The position numbers were made by a program, and so were the translations under genes. Below the pieces are notes generated by a model. It worked only from the letters and a program-made list of their open reading frames with translations, searched no databases and was not told the origin of the DNA. A stretch of 62,329 bases of DNA from Octopus bimaculoides (lineage: Eukaryota): positions 56,500,484-56,562,812 of the forward strand of contig NC_068994.1 of NCBI RefSeq assembly GCF_001194135.2. Direction: 5' to 3'. Positions 13,874 to 24,685 of the stretch are shown here, piece by piece (within the stretch, counting starts at the first letter, position 1; every line of letters starts with the position of its first letter).

Positions 13874-14160
13874 ATAACTCGAATGTGGAATCTAAAAACA
13901 GAAACAATTCCTATCATAGTAGGTGCCTTAGGTATAATAAAAAAATATTCAGACAAATACATAACAAAAACACCAGGACTTACAAATATATATAACATAC
14001 AGAAAATTGCACTACTGGGTACTGCACACATTCTACGCAAAACACTTTCAATACAGTAAACATAAGAGCACCACAGCAAACCACAGCACATACCCAAGGC
14101 GCACTGAGCTGCGCTCGGTAGTGAAGTAAAAGCACGTTATAAAAATAAAACTACTGAACA
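13874..14160 (+). mobile_element. 5'-truncated R4/Dong-clade (RLE) non-LTR retrotransposon: ORF C-terminus, 3'UTR and (AAT)n tail
   Basis: 13874-14059 encodes ITRMWNLKTETIPIIVGALGIIKKYSDKYITKTPGLTNIYNIQKIALLGTAHILRKTLSIQ*. The PxxxGALG...QKxxLLGTAxILRxxL pattern is the conserved C-terminus of R4/Dong/Rex6 elements. A ~100-bp UTR follows, then AATAATAAT; an (AAT)-rich tract also lies upstream (13812-13855). Confidence 0.85.
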
Positions 14161-14184
14161 ATAATAATAATGATAATAATAATT

Positions 14185-14415
14185 TATTTCTTTATTGACC
14201 ACACAGGGCTAAACATAGAGGGGACAAAGAAGGACAGACAAAGGGATTAAGTCAATTACCTCGACACCAGTGCGAAAGTGATACTTATTTAATTGACCCC
14301 GAAAGGATGAAAGGCAAAGTCGACCTCGGCAGAATTTGAACTCAGAACGTAACAGCAGACGAAATATCGCTAAGCATTTCGCCCGGCGTACTAACGATTC
14401 TGCCAGCTCGCCGCC
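14185..14415 (-). mobile_element. SINE-C, full length, embedded in (AAT)n
   Basis: Minus strand ggcggcgagctggcagaatcgttag...gagttcaaattctgccgaggtcgactttgcctttcatcctttcggggtc...aaagaaat. Confidence 0.9.
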
Positions 14416-14417
14416 CC

Positions 14418-14455
<38 letters not shown>

Positions 14456-14922
14456 CACGTGAATATTAAATATCGCAAGCGAGTGTTGTTTTTATAATAT
14501 GAGTCGGTTACACCACCACTACCATCACCACCACCACTGGGAGCAGCAGTAGTATAAATTTGAGGAGGAGGAGGAAAATGTCATGATGGTTAAGGAGAAC
14601 TATTATGTATTGAAAAATGATTGTGATTGTTGGAGGCGATCTTAAGTACAGGGCAGGTCACTAAGTACATCCTGAACTAGATACAACTACTTATCGACAT
14701 TTATTTCTATATTTGGTTGTTTTGGACATTTTATCTCATCTGACATCCTTCGTTTCCTAATCCTTTGGGAGACGAGCTTCAGATCAACATGCTAGAAATA
14801 GAAGCTGAATAGTCTTCAAATCATATTCTGGTGTCTCAAAAAGAAAACAAAACTCTTCTTTCAAGAAACGAGCCGCATGAGACATGGCTCATCATTAGGC
14901 GGGCCGCACATCTAAAAGAAAT

Positions 14923-14983
<61 letters not shown>

Positions 14984-15043
14984 NNNNNNNNNNGACGGTC
15001 AAACAAGGAACAAATTTATAAAGTGAAAGTTACATAGTAAAAG

Positions 15044-15076
15044 TATAACGTTTTGGATATAGTCCTTCGTCGGATA
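15044..15076 (-). ncRNA. Decayed Penelope-type minimal hammerhead motif
   Basis: Minus strand TAT-CCGACGA-A-GGA-CTATA-TCC-AAAA-CGT-T-ATA: two transitions from CUGACGA...GAAA, with stems I and II and ACGT intact and a pyrimidine-rich upstream flank. Confidence 0.55.
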
Positions 15077-15619
15077 TATAGGAAACAGTCCAAGGGAGCG
15101 GAGAAATAATCGAGGAAAATGAAATTACAGAGCGACGGAAAAAACGCTTGTAGTTATATCTTTTTTTTTTTTTTTCTTTTTTCAAAATGATGAAATTGTT
15201 GTAAAAATGGTTGAAGAACTTACCAATAAATAATTAACGTGGATTCCTCTGAAAATATAAAATAAAATACAATGTTATATATATTAAAAACAAACTTACA
15301 TAATTTACACTCACACACACATATATAAAATGAAATAATAAGGGCAGAAATTAACATTATGTAATAATACCAATTTGAACCAGTGGTCAGCATACGTAAA
15401 AAATGTCCAAGGACTATAAATTGTATTAAAATATAAATAAGAGCATCGACCACTAAGAGGATTCCTTGTATGCTAAAAATAGACGAAGCAAATAACCCTC
15501 TGTATAAATGGTCTTTTAACCTAATATTTACGCTATTATTATAACTTAATTGGTTTTGTGACTCACTGTTCCAAAATTTCGCGCTTTGGAAGCTTCTAAG
15601 TTCTTCTGACATCAACGGC

Positions 15620-15658
<39 letters not shown>

Positions 15659-16747
15659 GGTGTGTGTGTGTGTGTGTGTGTGTGAGTGTGAGTGTGTGCG
15701 TGTGTATAAGTGTTAGATAGCAGCATTGATATAAAGTGTAAATACAACTGCGCGTGTATATTTTTAATGTATAATATGGCTACAGTGAAGCATTATCTTT
15801 GAGTAAAGGGTATTTTTTATGATGTTATTTTTAATTATAAAACGGTGTTTATATAGAATACAGTTTGAGAATGATTTTGCTTTCTCGATCCTTAAAAAAA
15901 ACTGCATTAATTTCGTAGGTGACGTGTATTGATAAATGAAATAAAGAAAACTATATACAACGCCTCAGTAAAACAAATATTAACCAACATTAGTGAAAAC
16001 GATCGTCATAAAGTACATAATAAATTACCTTCTAAGTAAAAAAAACATTCTCGCCCTGATGATCGCAGTGGCATGAAACTTGATTCACAACCCCCACTCC
16101 AACTCAGTTCATATGTGTGAGTGTGTGTGTGCATGTATGTGTATATATATAAATAATATCTTTGTTCGAGTGTGCGCTAGCGCGTCGGGAAATTATAATA
16201 AGGTTGTTTTGATAAACATCTTTTTTTTCTCTTCAATAATTCCACAAGTAAATAATGTTAGAATCGGAATCCAAGGCGTTAGTAGAATCACAATTCCAGC
16301 AACTGAAGAAATACCGAAATATCGTCTAAAGATGGCGGTAATGGGAACGGTGGTGTTGGAAGAAGCTGATACAGAAAGTTAACAACATTCGTGAAATGGA
16401 ATCCATATGGTAATGTAGCTTTTGGCAGAAATATTTGTTGTTACATAATATCATTGATATCTGCTAGTTTAATATCGGGACATACACTTTGGGGTATTCA
16501 CAAGGTGTTGTTTGCTAGTTTCGTTTCGTTGTTTTTTGGTGGTAGCGGTGGTGGTGGTGGTGGTGGAGGAGGAGGAGGAGGTAGTGCTTTATGTTTCTAT
16601 ACAATCATCTTTAATTACAGTTGAGCAAGTAATTAGATAGTTTTAATAAAAAAAAATAATAACATGACAGGTAAGCGCATACATGCACGCACACAGATAT
16701 ACATCCACTTACACAGGTAAGCAAAAAAAAATATATTATTATGCGAT

Positions 16748-16842
<95 letters not shown>

Positions 16843-16924
16843 ATGTGTATATGTGTATATTTACAAATGTGCATTTATATAAACGTACATATATGTACAT
16901 ACATATGCATGTGTAACTGTTTCT

Positions 16925-16970
<46 letters not shown>

Positions 16971-17218
16971 CACGCATATATAATGTATATATGTACCTGT
17001 TTATCTGTGTGTACACATGCTGAGAGCCTGAGTGTATATATAAGCGCGTTAGCACAATTGGTTTGCCATACATTCCTGTTCAATTATAATCATTATATTG
17101 TTGTTTTTATTATTATTATTACTATATTAGTAGTATTATTATTATTCCCTTCTTTCAGTTTTGTTTCCATTTTTTTGCCGAGTGTCTTCCCGACACCTAG
17201 GGAACACAAACACACTAG

Positions 17219-17375
17219 ATGGGCTTCTTTCAGTTTCCGTCTACTAAATCCACTCACAAGGCTTTGGTTGGTCCGAGGCTATAGTAGAAGACACTTGCCC
17301 AAGGTGCCACGCATTGAGACTAAACCCGGAACCATGTGGTTGGTAAGCAAGCTACTTACCACACATCCACTCCTG

Positions 17376-17378
<3 letters not shown>
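17219..17378 (-). mobile_element. SINE-A 5' half
   Basis: gggcttctttcagtttccgtctac...gacacttgcccaaggtgccacgc...ttaccacacatccactcctgcgc. Confidence 0.85.
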
Positions 17379-17411
<33 letters not shown>

Positions 17412-18770
17412 NNNNNNNNNNNNNNNNNNNNNNNNNNNNNNNNNNNNNNNNNNNNNNNNNNNNNNNNNNNNNNNNNNNNNNNNNNNNNNNNNNNNNNNNN
17501 NNNNNNNNNNNNNNNNNNNNNNNNNNNNNNNNNNNNNNNNNNNNNNNNNNNNNNNNNNNNNNNNNNNNNNNNNNNNNNNNNNNNNNNNNNNNNNNNNNNN
17601 NNNNNNNNNNNNNNNNNNNNNNNNNNNNNNNNNNNNNNNNNNNNNNNNNNNNNNNNNNNNNNNNNNNNNNNNNNNNNNNNNNNNNNNNNNNNNNNNNNNN
17701 NNNNNNNNNNNNNNNNNNNNNNNNNNNNNNNNNNNNNNNNNNNNNNNNNNNNNNNNNNNNNNNNNNNNNNNNNNNNNNNNNNNNNNNNNNNNNNNNNNNN
17801 NNNNNNNNNNNNNNNNNNNNNNNNNNNNNNNNNNNNNNNNNNNNNNNNNNNNNNNNNNNNNNNNNNNNNNNNNNNNNNNNNNNNNNNNNNNNNNNNNNNN
17901 NNNNNNNNNNNNNNNNNNNNNNNNNNNNNNNNNNNNNNNNNNNNNNNNNNNNNNNNNNNNNNNNNNNNNNNNNNNNNNNNTACATCAAGACACCATTATT
18001 CCCTTGCCTAAATTTATTAGCCCTATCCTATTATAAATTTGTGATGATGTTTCTCTGTCTGTTCGTTAACTCCTCCTTGACCATTGGTGCAAGGACAACG
18101 AAACTCAAACCAGCAACTCTTCTATTCCCAGGGAACGTCCTTAGGGGGGTCTATTATTTTTATTGGCTGCCTAATTGGGGCCCCACTGACCTCCGCTATT
18201 GTTACTGCATTTTAAACTAAATACATGGCATTGGTGACCAAATCAGAGCAATGACAATGAATTTCATACCATGAACTCCCAGGGATTATCGTAAGGTGGT
18301 TCAATTTCTGAAGAGCCACTTAAATAGGGCCCTGCTGACCCCTATCCCTATTTTTACTGCATTTACCTTGCTCCTACGCTTATTGATTAAACTATGATCA
18401 GCATCAGTGCTTTGCACATTTGCAGAAATAAGAAAATGAAAGGAAAGATTATCTTGGAAAGATTATCTTGATTGAAACCGGTCCAGGGTTGCAAAAAAAT
18501 GATTGGAGACCTGCTACCCTATATAATATATGGCTATTAAAGACCACGTCAAATAGCCTTATCTACGGCTATTTCAAGGGTACGCACCTATTCAGCAGAA
18601 GTTGATCGGAGTCGAAGGTGGTCAGAGTAACCCGGAGCCCTCCACATTGCATATGCTGTACTCCACACCCCTATGTAATCGGCTGATCTTATTTCTGCTT
18701 AATTGAATTTCGTTTCTTTCTTGGCAGGCCAAGATTTTACTTTGTCTTCTTACGTATTTCCACTCCCCAC

Positions 18771-18808
<38 letters not shown>

Positions 18809-19313
18809 NNNNNNNNNNNNNNNNNNNNNNNNNNNNNNNNNNNNNNNNNNNNNNNNNNNNNNNNNNNNNNNNNNNNNNNNNNNNNNNNNNNNNNNNNNNN
18901 NNNNNNNNNNNNNNNNNNNNNNNNNNNNNNNNNNNNNNNNNNNNNNNNNNNNNNNNNNNNNNNNNNNNNNNNNNNNNNNNNNNNNNNNNNNNNNNNNNNN
19001 NNNNNNNNNNNNNNNNNNNNNNNNNNNNNNNNNNNNNNNNNNNNNNNNNNNNNNNNNNNNNNNNNNNNNNNNNNNNNNNNNNNNNNNNNNNNNNNNNNNN
19101 NNNNNNNNNNNNNNNNNNNNNNNNNNNNNNNNNNNNNNNNNNNNNNNNNNNNNNNNNNNNNNNNNNNNNNNNNNNNNNNNNNNNNNNNNNNNNNNNNNNN
19201 NNNNNNNNNNNNNNNNNNNNNNNNNNNNNNNNNNNNNNNNNNNNNNNNNNNNNNNNNNNNNNNNNNNNNNNNNNNNNNNNNNNNNNNNNNNNNNNNNNNN
19301 NNNNNNNNNNNNN

Positions 19314-19356
<43 letters not shown>

Positions 19357-19599
19357 TGCTGCGTCTTTAAAGTGTAGCTTAATGAGGCAGAAAATGATAG
19401 TTATTTCCTATCTAAGTACATAAGAGAACTCCGCTTCTCATTGCAGCCGATCCTCTGCCGGCTCCCGCTCCGTCTCTTTATGTTCTCTTAAGCAGCCCGC
19501 CAGCCTGCCAGCCCGCCAGCCAACTACTTCAGATATGCCTATGACCCTTAACTCAGAGTTCCTTCAAGCTTCTTTATTGTTGTTGTTGTCTGCTGTCTT

Positions 19600-19638
<39 letters not shown>

Positions 19639-20504
19639 CGTTTCATTCTATTTTGGTAACATTCTTTCTCCAGCACCGATTGTTTTCTCATCAAGCGATA
19701 ATTTACGGCCAATCCGTCTGTCGGACATTCTGAAATCGTAGTTACCACAGTTTTAAGGTACACGCTAAATTTCCGTTGCCATTCATTGACTCACTGACTC
19801 ATAGACTTGCTCTCTCACTCAGTCACTCGCTCTTTCTATCGCTCGCCTACTCAATAACTCATTCAGTTGAATGTTTTCTTATTCGCTCACTCATTTATGT
19901 CTCGCTCAATCACCCACCTACTCATTTTAATCATTCATTTCTTCATTCATTCAGTGGCCAATTTTCACTCACTCACTCACTCACTCACTCACTCACTCAC
20001 TCATTCAGTCACCCACACACAACGAATTGCAGCTTCACTAACTCACTCACTCACTTGGAGTCATTTTTCCTTCAATCACTCACCTAATTACATCTCCACT
20101 CACTGAACCACTCGCTTCTGGCCTCACTCTCACTCGCTTTAACTCTCAATTATTCACTTACCATTTATTGTTTCACTTCACTCCATTCACACTCTCTCTC
20201 TCTCTCTCTCTCTCTCACCCACTTCTGGCCTCACTCACTCAACCGCCCTCTATCTTTCACTCACCAGTCATAGCTTCATTCTTCCACTGTTGCAGTGGAC
20301 TCAATGGATCCCTGGATCATACGTCCTCATTCAAGCAGCTTCCTGCTTCACTGAGTCTACAAGATCATGTATTACCTAGGGTTAAATAACAAGACTGGAT
20401 TATTGTTGTTTTGTTCTCGAATGTACTGTGGATGCTGTTATTTACCGCCGAGTCTGTCCTCATCAAATCAATGATAAAAAAACACGGAAGTGTAACAGCT
20501 CACA

Positions 20505-20727
20505 TGTAGAATAAAGAAGCAAAATTATGAGCAAAGACTCAAAAACGTGAGTATAAACACAAAGGTGTGAGTAAAGACCCGGATACAAAAATGTGAGCAA
20601 CGACTCAGATGAGTGAAGAAGGACACGGACGTGTGAGTATGACTCAAATGTAGAGTAAAGATGCAAAATTATGAGAAAGGACTCAAAGGTGTGAGTATGG
20701 GTATAAAAGTGTGAGTAAAAACTCAAA
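20505..20727. repeat. Degenerate 20-bp minisatellite with a 144-bp higher-order duplication
   Basis: Units like gtgtgagtaaagactcaaaa; the blocks starting at 20505 and 20649 align without gaps over ~75 bp. Confidence 0.75.
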
Positions 20728-20759
20728 TGTGTGTGTGTGAGGGTTAGGACACAAGTATA

Positions 20760-21153
20760 TATTTCTTTATTGCCCACAAGGGGCTAAACATAGAGGGGAC
20801 AAACAAGGACAGACAAAGGGATTAAGTCGATTGCATCGACCCCAGTGCGTAACTGGTACTTATTTAATCGACCGGAAAGGATGAAAAGCAAAGTCGACCT
20901 CGGCGGAATTTGAACTCAGAACGTAACGGCAGACGAAATACCTATTTCTTTACTGCCCACAGAGAGGGGACAAACAATGACAGACAAACGGATTAAGTCG
21001 ATTATATTGACCCCAGTGCGTAACTGGTGCTTAATTCATCGACCCCGAAAGGATGAAAGGCAAAGTCGACCTCGGCGGAATTTGAACTCAGAACGTAAAG
21101 GCAGACGAAAATACCGCAAAGCATTTCGCCCGGCGTGCTAACGATTCTGCCAG
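20760..21153 (-). mobile_element. SINE-C head-to-tail dimer
   Basis: Two copies of the gaggtcgactttg...cagttacgcactggggtc...tail unit, joined at gacgaaata-cc-tatttcttt (20932-20951). Confidence 0.9.
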
Positions 21154-21586
21154 GTAAAGAAATCAGGAGTGTCAGTAAAGCCTCAGAGACGTGAACAAGA
21201 AAAAAAAATAGAAGAGAATGAAAAAAATGGTAAGCATTTAAAACGTGTAACAACGGCGAAAAATGAATAGAATATAAAATAAAACGGGGAGCGGTGAGAG
21301 GAGATTGATGCACTTGTTCGAAAAAGACGGAGAAACAGTACAATAATGATGTGATTCACTGAATACACACACACATACACAAACATGCATAGACACACAC
21401 AAACACAAAACACATATACACAAACACGCACATTCACACTTACACACAAACACACAGACACACACTCAAACACACACACAAACACATAGCACACACACAC
21501 AGACACACATACACACATACACACATGTATGTATATATATAGGTGTATGTATATATGTATGTATATATACATATATATGCACACAC

Positions 21587-21644
<58 letters not shown>

Positions 21645-21749
21645 GTATGTATGTATATATAGGTTAAAGTGTTGGTGCGAGGGGGTGGGGGTGAGAGGGT
21701 GAAAATATTGACGGCCTATTATGATCAGGACTGCTGTACATAGATAAGA

Positions 21750-22380
21750 CAGAGCGAACTTCAAGATGGCGATGGTGTCGGCGGTGTTGCATTATGGCGG
21801 TTGTTCTGAATCAAGCCTTAGTGAGAGCAGCAGTCAACCATGACGTGATGATTGGTGGGTTGTCTGTGACAGGACGCCGGTACACGCCATTGCGCTTTTT
21901 CTCTTTCCTTTCTTCTTTTTTTTCTCTCTTCATTTTTTCTTTCCTCAGTGGAGAGATGACTAGATGATGGCGGAGGGTGTTGGTGCTGGTGAGGGGGGTC
22001 GGATGAATGGATGAATGAGTGGATGGATGGATGGATGGATGGATGTGTGGTTGGAGGAGCAGAGGGAATGACGGACGGACGGATGGACGGAAGGATGGAT
22101 GATTAGATGAATGGATGGAATGACAGCTAGAGAGATGAGAGGTGGACGTGAGGGATCGATCGATGGTTGACTCAATGGTGGAGTAAGCGACATGACCCAC
22201 TAGGTCATGCAAGAACACCAGTTGAAACAGTTCCTCATCACGTACAATATCGAATAAACAAGTCAGCTTCTCGCAGAGAGCATCAGGCTTCCTCGTTCGC
22301 CACACACACACGCCTGCGCCGCGCCCACAGAAACTGGCCAATAACGCATTCCCGGAAGCACGTAGAGATACGAACAAGTG
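21750..22380. promoter_or_regulatory. Candidate promoter/enhancer island (YY1, ATF/CRE-like, CCAAT x2, ETS, AP-1 motifs)
   Basis: AAGATGGCG 21763, TGACGTGA 21841, ATTGG 21851, TGACTCA 22168, CCAAT 22338, CCGGAAG 22352; locally CpG-rich. Motif-only evidence. Confidence 0.3.
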
Positions 22381-22562
22381 TGAGTTTTGATGGCCATGAA
22401 TCTCTTATTCAAGAAATCACACACACATACACACATTATGTGTATATGTGAGTTTATGAACGTGTGTGTGTGTAGGCATAGAGGTATGCGCAGGAGTGGC
22501 TGTGTGGTAAGAAGTTTGGTTCTTGTCACACAGCTACGCCTTTCGCTGTGTGTGCGTATTCA

Positions 22563-22593
<31 letters not shown>

Positions 22594-22595
22594 TA

Positions 22596-23399
22596 CTGGG
22601 TCATCCTATGAATAATGTGGATTTTTCAAACACATGAACTAAAATCCGAAGTGGGTGGGATAAACTACCTGCATCAACTTCCTATAAAAGCAGGTAGTAG
22701 TTTTACCTTGTCCTTATTCTTACTGCAAGTTTTGAAGAGTGCAGTTCGATTTTAACAGGTTTTTTTTTTCAAAGCTATAATGGAAGTGACAAAGGAGCAT
22801 ATTTGGCATATTTTGCTTTATGAGTTCAATAAAGGCAACAACGCTACGGAAAGTGCAAAGAATATCAATGCAGTATATGGGTATCGGACAATGAACGTAA
22901 GTCAGTGTCAATGGTGGTTCCCGAAATTCCGAGCCAGAAACTACAGCCGAGAAGACGAGCCTCGTCCTGGAAGATCTGTAGAGCTCGGTGAGGACGTTCT
23001 ACAAACCTGGAACATCCTGGGACAAAATCCCATCGTAAATGCTGAGAAAAACGACCATCTTTGGTTTCAAGACGGAAGGTGTTCTTCCATTAGGATAATA
23101 CTCGACCACATACAGCGAGGATGACATTCCAAAGGCTGAAGCAGTTTGAATGAGAAACGATGCCCTATCCATCATATTCGCCGGACATTGTCCTGTCTGA
23201 TTATCATTTATTCTGCAGTCTTCAAAATCATTTGAACGGAAAAATATGAATTCTGTAGACGAGGTCAGAACAGTATTGGAGAAGTATTTTTTGTCACGGA
23301 CAATTGAATTTTGGAAGAGAGGCCTTGCAAGTCTATCAGATAGATGGAAAAGCATTATAGAAAATGAAGGAGTGTATATATTAGATTAAAAAGACCCAA
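22596..23399 (+). mobile_element. Internally deleted mariner (Tc1/mariner, DD34D) DNA transposon, ~800 bp
   Basis: Starts TA|CTGGGTCATCCTATGAATAATGTGG and ends GACCCAA|TA (the 3' TIR is reduced to its outer 7 bp). Encloses transposase remnants from both ends of the protein. Confidence 0.93.
22780..23389 (+). pseudogene. Mariner transposase pseudogene (HTH region fused to the C-terminal catalytic half)
   Basis: N-terminus MEVTKEHIWHILLYEFNKGNNATESAKNINAVYG...QCQWWFPKFRARNYSREDEPRPGRS is a typical mariner HTH. After ~23045 another frame reads EKRPSLVSRRKVFFH*DNTRPHTA...YPSYSPDIVLSDYHLFCSLQNHL...RWKSIIENEGVYILD*, with 34 residues between the two Asp (D34D). It has in-frame stops and lacks the WVPHEL linker and first catalytic Asp. 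Confidence 0.93.
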
Positions 23400-23511
23400 T
23401 ATATATATATAGCTCTCCTGTCTGACCACCTATGTCCAGCATTCGCCATGATTGATCGCTAGCCACTAAACTTGTTTTTTTTATTTTCTCTCTCTGTTTA
23501 TTTCTGTGTTC

Positions 23512-23547
23512 CTTTCTGTGGAAGAGCGTAGGCTCGAAACGTAAAAG
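23512..23547 (+). ncRNA. Penelope-type minimal hammerhead-ribozyme-like motif (variant core)
   Basis: CTTT-CTGTGGA-A-GAGC-GTAG-GCTC-GAAA-CGT-A-AAAG: stem I CTTT/AAAG, stem II GAGC/GCTC, palindromic ACGT stem III, core CUGUGGA versus canonical CUGANGA. Confidence 0.6.
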
Positions 23548-23644
23548 ACTTTCTCACTTCCTGAGCGTTAAACTAATACATCTTTTTGTTGTTTACACAC
23601 CCGTCTTCGTCTTTTTTTTTTGCTTTTTTTTTGTAAATTCCAAC

Positions 23645-23776
<132 letters not shown>

Positions 23777-24621
23777 AAGTGGCTGGTCGTAATTTAAAAC
23801 CAAAAGGCACAAGTAGAAAACATCACATATCCTATCTGGTAATTTACTTATGTTGAGCCGCTTAGCGTTATCAGCCATCGTGCGTTGAATGAAATAGTAT
23901 AAGAGAATCACTCTCTTTCATCTGTTCGCTACCCCACGCACACGCGTATTGCCTGTGTATATGTGGGCGCGTGTATGGGAATATTTATAAATCAAAAGAT
24001 ATTTACAACGAAATAACAATGATAGAATTGAGAATATCTTCTTCAGTTCTAACGATGAACATTCCAGCCTTGTGTTGTATTGGTCCATCTCGTTTTTCGT
24101 CTGGCTGTCGCATCGTGGATGCTCCACTGGATTAGTAGTAGAGGCGTTATAAGTGTGCATGTATCTACTTGAGACTACAAAGACATCAAAGACTGCTAGA
24201 CAAACCATGGCAAACGATTATACCAAGTTATCCCCGACTGCAAATGGCGGCTGTTGTTTAGTAACGTTAACACAACGCGCTATTATCATACCAAACATTT
24301 ATATGATATATAAATATATATATATGTCCATTATCGTAGCTCCATTATAGTATAGCCATTATGAGATCAATGTTAGTATATACTAAGTTGACTGTTTACT
24401 ACAAACACACAGGAATAGTCGTTTCGTAACTACAAACATAATACACGGTTTTAAGGCTTAAAAAACACTGAATATCTACGTCAGTCGGGGCATTAGCGAT
24501 GTACATTTGACCTCTGTAGTTCTATATACATCCAAAGAAGCAATAATGACTTGCGTATCAGGACAAACATACACACAAAACACACACACAAACACACAAA
24601 CCAGCACACACACACACAAAC

Positions 24622-24685
<64 letters not shown>

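Noticed and set aside
20505-20727. CRISPR-like or coding-repeat interpretation of the 20-bp units
   Set aside because: No unique spacers, eukaryotic context and no cas genes; it is a degenerate tandem repeat.
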